Below, in pieces: positions 50,750 through 60,851 of a DNA stretch of 64,000 nt. The translations under genes and the position numbers were made by a program. Each line of letters begins with the position of its first letter. Position 1 is the stretch's first letter. The notes under the pieces are model-generated. The model ran no database searches and was not told the DNA's origin. It worked only from the letters and a program-made list of their open reading frames with translations. The DNA is from an uncultured delta proteobacterium. Lineage in GTDB: Bacteria; Myxococcota_A; Polyangia; Polyangiales; Polyangiaceae. The stretch is from NCBI GenBank assembly GCA_963841435.1, contig CAWJCS010000002.1, forward strand, positions 1 to 64,000, read 5' to 3'.

Positions 50750-50900
50750 CTAGCCCGAACAGTGCCGGGATGAGGACGCGGTTCGCTGGTAGCCGGCGGT
50801 CAGAAGAAGCCCGACGCCGAGGCTCGAGAGCATGTCGCCCACGGCGTTCGCCGACGCGAGCACTCCGAGACCGAGGCTGCGTTGCTCGCGCGGCAGCATC
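50750..50900 (-). pseudogene. MFS transporter internal fragment
   Basis: EMLPREQRSLGLGVLASANAVGDMLSSLGVGLL. Confidence 0.5.
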
Positions 50901-51154
50901 TCCGGCGCCAAGGTGGCTCCCTCATCTGGAAGATCCGCGAGGTCGAGAAGGGGCGCATCCCGGTGGGAGAGCCTCCGCGAGCTGCAGCAGCTGCTGCGCG
51001 ACCTCGACCAGGGGAAGCAGGCGGCGGTGAACCGGACACGGATGATGCCCTCGATGCGGTAGACAGTCGGGCACGCAACCTGCGGCTGGATGGAAGGCGG
51101 CTGCGTTGAATGCAAGTCGCCATTGACGAAGGTCCTTGGGTATCTTATCGTCTT

Positions 51155-51508
51155 ATGACGATGAAGACTGCTGCCCAAGTGGCCGAAGCGTGCTGCCCCC
51201 CTGCGAACGAGCAGGCGGACCTTCGACCCGTCGAAGGCGCCGAGGCCGACGAGGAGCTGGCGTCGCTGGCAAAGGCCATCGCTCACCCTGCGCGGGTGCA
51301 GATTCTACGCATCTTGGTGCGCAAAACCGCGTGCGTTTGCGGGGACATTGTGGACGAGCTTCCGCTCGCTCAGTCCACCGTCTCCCAGCATTTGAAGGTG
51401 CTCAAGGACGCGGGCGTCATCCGCGGCGAGGTTGACGGACCGCGAGTCTGCTACTGCATCGAGCCCCGAGCCCTCAGGCGGCTGAAGGCGCTCGTCGGGG
51501 GGCTTTGA
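51155..51508 (+). CDS. arsR: ArsR/SmtB repressor
   Basis: [19 protein letters not shown] and [13 protein letters not shown] motifs. Confidence 0.92.
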   Translation: MTMKTAAQVAEACCPPANEQADLRPVEGAEADEELASLAKAIAHPARVQILRILVRKTACVCGDIVDELPLAQSTVSQHLKVLKDAGVIRGEVDGPRVCYCIEPRALRRLKALVGGL

Positions 51509-51567
51509 TGCTGCCCCTTTTTTCTCCCTCAGCATCGTTTATCGCCGATAGCCGAAAGGAAGTTCCC

Positions 51568-51957
51568 ATGTCCGTGACCATCCGCGTCTTCGACCCCGCC
51601 ATGTGCTGTTCCACCGGTGTCTGCGGCCCGAGCGTCGAGCCCGACCTGGCTCGCTTCGCCGCTGACGTCGATTGGCTCCAGAAGCAGGGCGTCACCGTCG
51701 AGCGCTTCAACCTCTCCCAGCAGCCCGGTGCGTTCGCCGAGACGCCCGCCGTCAAGGAGGCGCTCGCACGTGGCACCGAGGTGCTGCCACTGGTGCTCGT
51801 CGGCGACCGCATCGCGGTCGAGGGTTCGTACCCGTCCCGCGAGACCCTGGCTGCGTTGGCCGGCGTCGTGGTGAAAAAGCTCGAGGTGGCGCCCGCGGCC
51901 TCGAGTGGCTGCTGCGGTCCGAGCACGGGAGCCAAGTCGAAGACCAGCTGTTGCTGA
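51568..51957 (+). CDS. arsD: Arsenite metallochaperone ArsD
   Basis: FDPAMCCSTGVCGP. Confidence 0.95.
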   Translation: MSVTIRVFDPAMCCSTGVCGPSVEPDLARFAADVDWLQKQGVTVERFNLSQQPGAFAETPAVKEALARGTEVLPLVLVGDRIAVEGSYPSRETLAALAGVVVKKLEVAPAASSGCCGPSTGAKSKTSCC

Positions 51958-51968
51958 AGGAGCGCCAC

Positions 51969-53750
51969 GTGGACTTCCTCGAACGCGCGCCGCGAAACCT
52001 CTTCTTCACGGGCAAGGGCGGCGTCGGCAAGACGAGCGTCGCTTGCGCGACCGCCATTGCGCTCGCGGAGCGCGGGCGAAGCGTGCTGCTCGTCAGCACC
52101 GACCCCGCCTCGAACCTTGATGAAGTCCTCGAGACGTCGCTCGGCAGCGAGCCTCGTCCGGTCGCGGGTGTGCAGGGGCTGTTCGCGCTGAACATCGATC
52201 CTGAGGCCGCCGCCCATGCCTACCGGGAGCGTATGGTCGGCCCCTACCGCGGCGTGCTGCCCGACGCCGCAGTGCGCAGCATCGAGGAGCAGCTCTCGGG
52301 CGCCTGCACAGTCGAGATCGCTGCCTTCGACGAGTTCTCGAAGCTGCTCGGCGACGCGCGCGCAACGGCAAACTTCGATCACGTCGTGTTCGACACTGCA
52401 CCGACCGGGCACACGCTGAGGCTCCTCGAGCTGCCTGCAGCGTGGACCGGATTCCTCGAGGCAAACGTCGGCGGCACGTCGTGCCTCGGTCCGCTTGCCG
52501 GCCTCAAGGCGCAGCAGGCGCTCTATGATGGCTCACGTCAGGCGCTCGTCGATGCGAGTCGCACCGCGCTAGTGCTCGTGTCGCGCGCGGAACGCTCTGC
52601 TCTCGCCGAGGCAGAGCGTACGCGCAGCGAGCTAAGCTCGCTCGGTGTCGAGCGGCTTGAGCTGGTCATCAACGGCATCTTTCGCGCTTCGGACCACTCG
52701 GACGTGATCGCTGTGGCGATGGAGCGTCGAGGCACGGAGGCACTCGACGCGATGCCGACAGGTCTTCGTGCGCTCGCGCGTACCGACCTTCCGCTCTTGC
52801 CCTTTGGGCTCATCGGCATGAATGCGCTGCGAAAGCTCTTTACCGCCCCCGCAGCGCGCCCGGCCGAGGTCGAGACCGTTCGGGCTGACGCACCCCCACC
52901 GAACACGCGACCCCTCGTCCAGCTGCTGCCCGCGCTCGGGGAGCACGGGCACGGCGTGATCATGACGATGGGCAAGGGAGGCGTCGGCAAGACCAACGTC
53001 GCCGTGAACGTCGCGGTAGAGCTCGCGCGACGGGGGCACAAGGTCCACCTGACGACGACTGACCCGGCGGCCCACGTGGAAGAGACCCTCGGAGGCAGCG
53101 TTGACGGCATCCGAGTGAGTCGCATCGACCCCGAGTCGGAGACGCGCGCGTACTCCGAAGAGGTGCTGCGAACCGCCGGCGCTAATCTGGACGCCGCGGG
53201 ACGCGCGCTTCTCGAGGAAGACCTCCGAAGTCCATGCACCGAGGAGATCGCCGTCTTCCGCGCGTTCGCGCGCATCGTCCACGAGGGCGAGCACGGGTTC
53301 GTGGTTATTGACACCGCGCCCACCGGGCACACGCTGCTCCTGCTCGATGCGGCCGAGTCCTACCACCGAGAGGTGTTGCGGACGGCGGGCTCGGCGCCGG
53401 AGGAAGTCCGACGTTTGCTGCCGCGTCTGCGCGACCCTGCGTTCACGAAGATCCTCCTCGTCACGCTCCCTGAGGCAACTCCTGTTCATGAGGCCGCCGC
53501 ACTGCAGCGCGATCTGCTGCGGGCGGACATCCGGCCGTTCGCCTGGGTTGTGAACCAAAGCCTCATCCCGCTGACGGTCACGGATCCGGTCCTGGCCCGG
53601 CGGCGCGCGAACGAAGCGCGCTTCCACACCGAGGTGAACGACCTGGCACCGCGCGTCGTCGTCGTGCCTTGGGCCGCGCCGAGAGCAGCGCAGGTGAGGC
53701 TGGACTTCTTCGCGGGTCCGGAGCAGCCGCGCGCGGAGGCGGCACCATGA
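51969..53750 (+). CDS. arsA: Arsenical pump-driving ATPase ArsA
   Basis: Two GKGGVGKT and two DTAPTGH motifs, with Cys ligands in GACT, SCLGP and SPCT. Confidence 0.96.
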   Translation: MDFLERAPRNLFFTGKGGVGKTSVACATAIALAERGRSVLLVSTDPASNLDEVLETSLGSEPRPVAGVQGLFALNIDPEAAAHAYRERMVGPYRGVLPDAAVRSIEEQLSGACTVEIAAFDEFSKLLGDARATANFDHVVFDTAPTGHTLRLLELPAAWTGFLEANVGGTSCLGPLAGLKAQQALYDGSRQALVDASRTALVLVSRAERSALAEAERTRSELSSLGVERLELVINGIFRASDHSDVIAVAMERRGTEALDAMPTGLRALARTDLPLLPFGLIGMNALRKLFTAPAARPAEVETVRADAPPPNTRPLVQLLPALGEHGHGVIMTMGKGGVGKTNVAVNVAVELARRGHKVHLTTTDPAAHVEETLGGSVDGIRVSRIDPESETRAYSEEVLRTAGANLDAAGRALLEEDLRSPCTEEIAVFRAFARIVHEGEHGFVVIDTAPTGHTLLLLDAAESYHREVLRTAGSAPEEVRRLLPRLRDPAFTKILLVTLPEATPVHEAAALQRDLLRADIRPFAWVVNQSLIPLTVTDPVLARRRANEARFHTEVNDLAPRVVVVPWAAPRAAQVRLDFFAGPEQPRAEAAP

Positions 53751-54184
53751 CGACCCAGCCGCCCACAATGAAGTACGTGGTGACCGCAGACACCAAGACC
53801 GATGGCCAAGCAGCCGTGCAGGCACGGACGTCCACCATCGCCTTCGACGGCTCAGCGCAGGCGGGCGAGACGCTCCCGGGTCCTGCGGACCTCCTCTGCG
53901 CGGCGCTGTCTGCGTGCATCCTCAAGAACGTCGAGCGGTTCTCGCACATGCTTCCGTTTCGCTACCACTCGGCCTCGATCGAGGTGACCGCGGAGCGCGA
54001 GGAGCCGCCGCCGCGCATCGTGCGCATGCACTACCGCCTGCGCATCGTCACCGATGAGCCTGCGGCGCGCCTTGAGCTGCTGCACAAGAACATTCGCAAG
54101 TTCGGGACGATCACGAACACGCTGGCGGCCGCGTGCGAGGTCACCGGCGAGCTCGAGGCCGTCCCCGCCGGAGGCAAGTCGTGA
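53747..54184 (+). CDS. OsmC-like protein
   Basis: GPADLLCAALSACI...ITNTL. Overlaps both arsA and arsC. Confidence 0.8.
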   Translation: MTTQPPTMKYVVTADTKTDGQAAVQARTSTIAFDGSAQAGETLPGPADLLCAALSACILKNVERFSHMLPFRYHSASIEVTAEREEPPPRIVRMHYRLRIVTDEPAARLELLHKNIRKFGTITNTLAAACEVTGELEAVPAGGKS

Positions 54185-54648
54185 CCGCCGACCTGAAGGT
54201 GCTCTTCGTCTGTCTGCACAACGCAGCCCGCAGTCGCATGGCCGAGGCGCTCCTGCGCGACCAGGGCGACGGGCGTTTCGAGGTGACGAGCGCTGGCTTC
54301 GAGCCTCGTGAGGTGAATCCGCTCGTCATCGAGGCGCTCGGCCAGGTCGGGCTCACGCTCCCGTCCACCGCGCCGCAGCCGTCCGTCTTCGAGCTGTTCA
54401 GGGCGGGCCGTCACTTCCACTACGTCATCGGCGTCTGCGACGAAGAGCACGGACAGAAGTGCCCTCTGTTTCCCGGCGTGACGCAGCGCCTGTACTGGAG
54501 CTTCCCGGACCCTGCGACCTTCGTCGGCACGCACGAAGAGAAGCTCGCCCGCGTGGTCGAGGTGCGTGAGTCGATTCGAGCACGGCTCGAAGCTTGGCTC
54601 TCGACGATCCCCGGCGCGACACGCTCGCCCTCACCCACAAGGACCTGA
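54181..54648 (+). CDS. arsC: Arsenate reductase (LMW-PTP/Trx type)
   Basis: [15 protein letters not shown]...CPLFPG and WSFPDP motifs. Confidence 0.9.
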   Translation: MTADLKVLFVCLHNAARSRMAEALLRDQGDGRFEVTSAGFEPREVNPLVIEALGQVGLTLPSTAPQPSVFELFRAGRHFHYVIGVCDEEHGQKCPLFPGVTQRLYWSFPDPATFVGTHEEKLARVVEVRESIRARLEAWLSTIPGATRSPSPTRT

Positions 54649-54653
54649 TCTCG

Positions 54654-55770
54654 ATGACCCACGCCAAGGCCGGTCTGCTCGGCAAGCTCTCGTTCCTGGA
54701 CCGCTACCTGACGCTGTGGATCTTCGCGGCCATGGGCCTCGGCATCGCACTCGGGTTCGTCGCGCCGGGCTTCACCACGGCGCTCAACAGTATGAGCGTG
54801 GGGACGACGTCGATCCCGATCGCGATCGGCCTCGTGCTGATGATGTACCCGCCTCTGGCGAAGGTCCGCTACGAGGAGCTGGGGAAGGTCTTCCGCAACA
54901 AGCGAGTGCTGACGCTCTCGCTCGTCCAGAACTGGGTGATCGGCCCGCTGCTGATGTTCGTGCTGGCGGTCGTGTTCCTGCGCGACAAGCCCGAGTACAT
55001 GCTCGGGCCTCATCCTCATCGGCCTCGCGCGCTGCATCGCGATGGTCATCGTGTGGAACGATCTCGCGAAGGGGGACACGGAGTACTGTGCCGGGCTCGT
55101 TGCCTTCAACTCGATCTTCCAGGTGCTGTTCTTCTCGGTCTACGCGTACTTCTTCGCGACGCTGCTGCCGACGTGGCTCGGGCTCGAAGGCGCCGTCGTC
55201 AACATCAGCATCGGCGAGATCGCGAAAAGCGTGGCCATCTACCTCGGGTTGCCCTTCGCTGCAGGGTTCCTCACGCGACGCATTCTCGTCAGCGCGAAGG
55301 GACGCGACTGGTACGAGAAGATCTTCGTGCCGCGCATCAGCCCGATCACGCTCGTGTCCCTGCTCTTCACCATCGTCGTGATGTTCTCGCTGAAGGGCGA
55401 GACCATCGTGCAACTTCCGCTCGACGTGCTCCGCATCGCCGTTCCGCTGCTCATCTACTTCGTGGTGATGTTCGGGGTGTCGTTCTTCATGAGCAAGCGC
55501 GTCGGCGCGGACTACAAGCAGTCCGTCACGCTCTCGTTCACCGCGGCGTCCAACAACTTCGAGCTCGCCATCGCGGTGGCCATCGCGAGCTTCGGCATTC
55601 ATAGCGGTGCGGCGTTCGCGGCAGTCATCGGTCCGCTCGTCGAAGTGCCCGTCCTCATCGGCCTCGTGAACGTCGCCCTCTGGGCCCAGAAACGCTTCTT
55701 CCCGAACACCCCGCTCGAGGTCGCGGCGGCCGCGTGCGCGATCCCGGGCAATCCCGAGAGCAAGGCCTGA
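54654..55770 (+). CDS. acr3: Acr3 arsenite efflux transporter, frameshifted near 55007
   Basis: [35 protein letters not shown] and GPLVEVP motifs. One extra G in CTCGGGCCTC. Confidence 0.93.
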
Positions 55771-55774
55771 GACG

Positions 55775-56230
55775 ATGAACTCCGACAAGACGATCCTTTT
55801 CCTTTGCGTCGCCAACTCGGCCCGCAGCCAGATGGCCGAGGGCCTCGCGCGAAAGCTCTTCGGCGCGCGCGTTCCCGTGCAAAGCGCCGGGAGCGAACCG
55901 TCGCAGGTGAATCCGTATGCGATCGAGGTGATGCGCGAGATCGGGGTGGACATCACGACCCACCATTCCAAGTCGGTGCAGACCATCGATCCCGCGACGG
56001 TGGGCACGGTGATCACGCTCTGCGCCGAGGAGGTCTGCCCGGTATTCATGGGCAAGGTGCGACGACTTCACTGGCCGATCCCAGACCCGGCGAGCAAGGA
56101 CCCCTCGATCCCGCGCGAGGAGATGCTTGCGCGCTTCCGGACGGCGCGGGATCAGGTCCAGGTCAAGCTCGAGACGCTCGCGTCCACCCTCGACGTGCCG
56201 GAGGACGCGAAGCCCACGGCTCTTGGGTAG
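55775..56230 (+). CDS. arsC: Second arsenate reductase
   Basis: [20 protein letters not shown] and HWPIPDP motifs. Confidence 0.9.
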   Translation: MNSDKTILFLCVANSARSQMAEGLARKLFGARVPVQSAGSEPSQVNPYAIEVMREIGVDITTHHSKSVQTIDPATVGTVITLCAEEVCPVFMGKVRRLHWPIPDPASKDPSIPREEMLARFRTARDQVQVKLETLASTLDVPEDAKPTALG

Positions 56231-56245
56231 GCCTCGATCGAGCCC

Positions 56246-56947
56246 ATGACGCGACACCAAACCGTTCGCGAGGTGGCGGGGGAGTTCCTGGGAACGGGGC
56301 TCTTGGTCACGGTCGCCTTCGCCTCCGGGGCAGTTCGAGTGCAGCTGGGTACGGGGACCATGGGCGGCGCGCTGCTCGGCTCGCTGGCGCTCGGACTCGG
56401 CTATGGGCTGGTGCTCTGGTCGGTCGGCCCGCTGTCCGGAGCGCAGATGAATCCGCTCGTGTCCATCATCGCGTCGGTGGTCGGGCGCCAGCGGTGGACA
56501 GGAACGCTGCTGCGTGTCCTCGCGCAAGTGCTGGGAGCGGTCGCGGTCGGACTCGTGCTTTCGCGACTGGCCACGTACACGTTCATTCGCGAGGACTCCC
56601 ACGTCGCCCCGAATCTGCTGGCCGAGGCGGTGGCTTCCTTCGCGTTCGTGCTGGTGGCGCTCGGGGTTGCGCATCGCCGAGACGTAAAGGTCCCCGTCGC
56701 GCTCGGGGCGTTCGCCACCGCGAGCTTCTGGATGACCGGGCGCGCCACGGTCGGCAATCCGCTCCTGTCGTTCACCGTCCTCCTCGTCGCCAGCGGCGAG
56801 GTCATCACGTGGATCGATCTGCTCCAGGTGGGAGTCTCGGAATTGGTCGGTGCCCTGTTCGGCACGGTGGTCGCGCTCTTCTTGTTCCCACATGCGCGAG
56901 AGTCCGCCGCAGCCTTGGTGTTCGCTCGGCGGCGGGCGGACGCATGA
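56246..56947 (+). CDS. MIP/aquaporin-family channel (AqpS-like, divergent)
   Basis: EFLGTGLL, SGAQMNPL and VGNPL motifs, with six hydrophobic helices. Confidence 0.8.
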   Translation: MTRHQTVREVAGEFLGTGLLVTVAFASGAVRVQLGTGTMGGALLGSLALGLGYGLVLWSVGPLSGAQMNPLVSIIASVVGRQRWTGTLLRVLAQVLGAVAVGLVLSRLATYTFIREDSHVAPNLLAEAVASFAFVLVALGVAHRRDVKVPVALGAFATASFWMTGRATVGNPLLSFTVLLVASGEVITWIDLLQVGVSELVGALFGTVVALFLFPHARESAAALVFARRRADA

Positions 56948-57174
56948 ACATGAGCCCCAGGGCACCCACTGCAATCACGGCTGCTCATCCAGACCGGCAT
57001 GAATCCGTGGTCCCTCGGCGCTGTCGTCGTGACCTGCGTGCTGACCGGCGCCAGCGTTTTCCTCTTCGGCGACCGCTCGAAGCTCGGTGGCGACGCGCGC
57101 GGCGCAGGCGACAAGAGGTAGGCCAGGACGCCGGGTGATGCCTCCACGACGTGCGAGTGACGAATGAGGTACCA

Positions 57175-57295
57175 TGGCCGGACCGTCTTGCGATCCAAGC
57201 TCGTCTCGCGTGAGATTTGGTGAAGACTCTGCTCCGCCGACCAGCGGCGAAGCACTTCCTTGATTTCGATCATCGTCAGCTCCCGGTAGGACATG
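57175..57295 (-). mobile_element. istA: IS21 transposase N-terminal stub
   Basis: MSYRELTMIEIKEVLRRW...ISRETSLDRKTVR. Confidence 0.7.
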
Positions 57296-57558
57296 GGTGG
57301 TTGCCTCCCGACGGCGACCCGCGCCGTCGTTGGAAACAACCTCACTCGCTTCCCGGGTCGCTCTGCTCGGAACCCCTCTTCCCCTTCCGGCTCGCCTCCG
57401 GCGAGCGTGTGCGCCCCTCCCGGCTCGCGAGAGCTCCGAACAGCCGACACCCCGCCGCTGAGCAGTGCGCCGCCCGTCGGCTGCCCCAATCTCCGGCCTT
57501 CAGGGGCCCGCTGGGGCCCGCTACCCCGGCTCGCTGCCGTCCCTCAGCACGATTTTCC

Positions 57559-57579
57559 CAGTTCGTTTCACCTTGGCGC
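57559..57579 (+). mobile_element. oriIS-like end motif
   Basis: CAGTTCGTTTCACCTTGGCGC, preceded by TTTTCC as in the 39332 copy. Confidence 0.65.
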
Positions 57580-58321
57580 CCGCGACGACCTCAAGTCGCT
57601 GCTCGCGAATCCACGGCTGAGCTCGACGGATCGCCAGCGCCTGCAGCAACACTTCGATGCGATCCGAGACGTTGAGATCGAAATGGGCGGCATGGGCGGC
57701 GACATGACGGAGGCGTGCAGCGCCGCGGGCCTCGAGATCGACGCGCTCGAGGCGCTCGAGAACTTCATGTACAGCCCCTACGGCCAAGTCGAGGACATTT
57801 CCCGACTCCACATGAGCCTGGTGGCGCTGTCGTTCGCGTGCAATCACCGGCGCACCGCCACCCTGCAGTGGGGGGATCCCGTCGATCACACCATCTACGA
57901 CGTTCCCAGCAACGCGCGGCGCTGGAACTTCAGCTACATCGCTCATCGCACGCAAAGCGACGCGATCGTGGGTGTGGACCCGGAAGCCGAAAGCGCGCAC
58001 GGAGAAATCGACGTCGTGCGCATGCGGACCCTCGCCGCGGGGCCTCGAGCACTTCAAGGCACGCGGGCTCGAAGACAACGCATTCGTCCTCTGGACGAAT
58101 CATTTTTCCGACGGCCCCTCCACGTCCTACCACAACGTTCCCCACATCATCTGGGGAAGCGGGGGTGGGTACCTGAAGCAGGGCGAGCACGTGAACGGCG
58201 GGAACGTCTACAACAGCCGCCTGCTCACGACCCTGATCAACGCGGCCGTCCAGGATACGGAGCGCCGGTCGCCGATTTCGGCGACGGCACGGGCGAGGAG
58301 CTCGCCGTCATGCGACCCTGA
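57580..58321 (+). pseudogene. DUF1552-family protein C-terminal fragment (frameshifted)
   Basis: DRQRLQQHFDAIRDVE, ALSFACNHRRTATLQWG and NVPHIIWGSGGGYLKQG motifs. Confidence 0.7.
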
Positions 58322-58383
58322 GGGGAACGAAGCGAACCGATCGCTCGCTCCGCGCAGCCGACCCGGGCATAATGGGGTCTTCC

Positions 58384-60543
58384 ATGGACGCGCGCGCGCC
58401 CAGATCACTGCCCCGTGCGGCTCGGCTGAAGCTCGCAAGGCTCGCCGCCCTCGGCAGGGCGACGGTGTTGCTCGCCGCGCCGCTCGGCGCGAGCGTCGCA
58501 GTCGCGGGGTTGCTGCTCGGGGCCCTCATCGGTCGTTCGGCGCTCCGCGACGAGGAATTCGGCGCCTTCGCCAAGGTGAGCCTGGCCGCGGGCGAAATCG
58601 TGCTCTCTGCGGTCGTCGGCCTGGTCGTGGCTGCCTGCATCCTGGGGGTGCGGTGGCTGAGCGGGCGTCTCGACGGGGTTGGCCGGCGGAGCCTTCGGGC
58701 GGCAGCGGTCATCGTCGCCTGGTTCGGGGTGCTCGCTTACGCCACGAGTTGGGCGTTGTTCTGGGCGTTCGGTGGCTTTCTCGACCAGAGCGCGCTGGCG
58801 TTCGCCGCCGACACGGGAAAGCTCCTCGTGAAGCACGCGCTCGAGACGAACCCGGTGCTGCTGAGCGCCCTACCGCTCGTCGCGCTGGGCGTCGTCGCGC
58901 TCGGCAGGCGCGCGCTCGTGCGCCTCGAAGCGCGCGCCTCGGCGCGCGGCAAGCGCGTCGTCGCCTGGAGCTTCGCGGGCGTGCTCCTCGCGGGCACGCT
59001 GCTCGCCGGCGCCGGTGAGCTCGGCATCGCCGGGTCCTTCGAGATGGTCCACGACCGGATCCTCGGCGCGCGCCTGTCGCTCGGTCGGGCGTTCAGGACG
59101 GCGCGCTCGCACCGCAGCGGACCTCTTTCGCACCTGGCTCTCGCGGGCCTGTCCGAGAGGGCCCTCGGGCCCTCGATCGCAAGCGAAGCCATAACGCAGG
59201 GCCGAATCCAGATCGTCGAGCGGCCGCAGGTCGACCTCGATCGCTGGATCGCCGGCATCGATCGGTCCAAAATCCGTCGCCTCAACGTCGTCGTCGTGCT
59301 CTACGAGTCGTCGCAGCCGAGCACGCTGCGCTCGTTCGGCGGCAAGACGCTCGTCATGCCGGCGCTGGACGCCCTCGCCGAAAAATCGGCACGCTTTTCG
59401 ATGTACGCGCAGGCGCCCCAGTCGAACTACGCACAGCCGACGATCTTGTCGTCCGAGTACCCGCTGCGCGATCCCGTCCACCACACCTACCCCGATCACC
59501 CCGGCTACCCCCGCGTGCTGATGTACGACATTTTGAAGAAGCTCGGCTGGCGAACCGCGCTCATCTCGTCGCAAAACGAGTTCTGGGGCAACATGCACGC
59601 CTTCTTCGACACGGGCGGGCTCGACTACTTCTTTCACTCCGAGTCGTTCAAGGGCGCCACCATTCCCGACGAAGACCCCGGCTTCGCGGCGTGGGCGAAG
59701 AATTGGGGCCACTCAGGCAAGCTCGACGACAAGATCACGATGGACGAGGCAATCCGCTGGATCGATCGCGACTCGACGCAGCCGTTCTTCGTCTACATCA
59801 ACCTGCAAAACAGCCACTTTCCCTACTCCACGCCGGACGACTTCCCCAAACGGTTCCAACCGTACAAGATCGACTTTCCCTACGCGTTCGGCAACTATCC
59901 TCCCGACAAGGTCAACGTCGTAAAGAACCGCTGGTACAACGCGCTCTCCTACGTCGACTCGCAGATCGGGCGGCTGGTCCAGCACCTGAAGGAGACGAAA
60001 ACGCTCGATCACACGCTGCTGTTGATCAGCGCCGACCACGGAGAGGCCTTCTACGAGCACGGCTTCGTGTGCCACGCCTCGGCGATCTACAACGAGGCCG
60101 TGCGCGTTCCCGCGGTGCTGTACGGACCGGGCGTGGAACCGGGCAGCTACCCCGCGCTTTCTCAGGCCGTCAACGTGGCGCCGACGGTGCTCGGCCGGCT
60201 CGGATTGCCGCCCCACCCGGCGTTCCAAGGCCGAGACCTGCTGAGCGGGCCACCGGATCCGAACCGCTCCGCCTACATCATTTCGCAGACGCCCATCAGC
60301 CACCAAACCGCGCTCGTGCACGGCGGCTGGAAGCTCATCTACGACTACTTCTACGAGAGTTACCTGCTGTTCGATTTGGTGCACGACCCCGGCGAACAGC
60401 ACGATCGCGCGAACGAGGAGCCGGGGCGCCTGCGCGTGCTGGCCGCGGAGCTGCACGCCTGGGAAAATGCCCAGCTCGACTACTACGCGAGCCCCGCGCG
60501 CTGGCACTCGACTTATCCCCCGGTGCTCACTCGACGACGCTAG
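58384..60543 (+). CDS. Membrane-anchored sulfatase / LTA-synthase-like hydrolase
   Basis: N-terminal TM helices, NVVVVLYES, PFFVYINLQNSHFPY, YVDSQIG and ISADHGEAFYEHG motifs. Confidence 0.88.
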   Translation: MDARAPRSLPRAARLKLARLAALGRATVLLAAPLGASVAVAGLLLGALIGRSALRDEEFGAFAKVSLAAGEIVLSAVVGLVVAACILGVRWLSGRLDGVGRRSLRAAAVIVAWFGVLAYATSWALFWAFGGFLDQSALAFAADTGKLLVKHALETNPVLLSALPLVALGVVALGRRALVRLEARASARGKRVVAWSFAGVLLAGTLLAGAGELGIAGSFEMVHDRILGARLSLGRAFRTARSHRSGPLSHLALAGLSERALGPSIASEAITQGRIQIVERPQVDLDRWIAGIDRSKIRRLNVVVVLYESSQPSTLRSFGGKTLVMPALDALAEKSARFSMYAQAPQSNYAQPTILSSEYPLRDPVHHTYPDHPGYPRVLMYDILKKLGWRTALISSQNEFWGNMHAFFDTGGLDYFFHSESFKGATIPDEDPGFAAWAKNWGHSGKLDDKITMDEAIRWIDRDSTQPFFVYINLQNSHFPYSTPDDFPKRFQPYKIDFPYAFGNYPPDKVNVVKNRWYNALSYVDSQIGRLVQHLKETKTLDHTLLLISADHGEAFYEHGFVCHASAIYNEAVRVPAVLYGPGVEPGSYPALSQAVNVAPTVLGRLGLPPHPAFQGRDLLSGPPDPNRSAYIISQTPISHQTALVHGGWKLIYDYFYESYLLFDLVHDPGEQHDRANEEPGRLRVLAAELHAWENAQLDYYASPARWHSTYPPVLTRRR

Positions 60544-60574
60544 CGCCGATTGGCGCCCGAACCCGGTCGCCTGC

Positions 60575-60718
60575 GCCAGCTCCCCACGACGAGCGCGGCG
60601 CCGTCGTCCCAACCGCTCGAGCCCGATGACCTGTTGGTCCGGCTGGTCGCCGCGGTGCCCCACCGTACTTCCACTTGGTCAGGTACTTCGCCGTGCTCTC
60701 GAGCCACTCGCGACTGCG
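60575..60718 (+). mobile_element. Diverged ISCR-like transposase internal fragment
   Basis: LEPDDLLVRLVAAVP / YFHLVRYFAVLSSHSRLR. Confidence 0.8.
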
Positions 60719-60851
60719 AGACGTCGCGCTCTGACGCGCCGTTTCGCGCCGTTGCAGCCCATCTTTTTGACGTTGCCCTGGGAGACCTCGCGGCAGGCGG
60801 GGTCTGGATCGACCCGGAACGGCGGGACTCGACCCGGCCTGAGCGGGCCCG

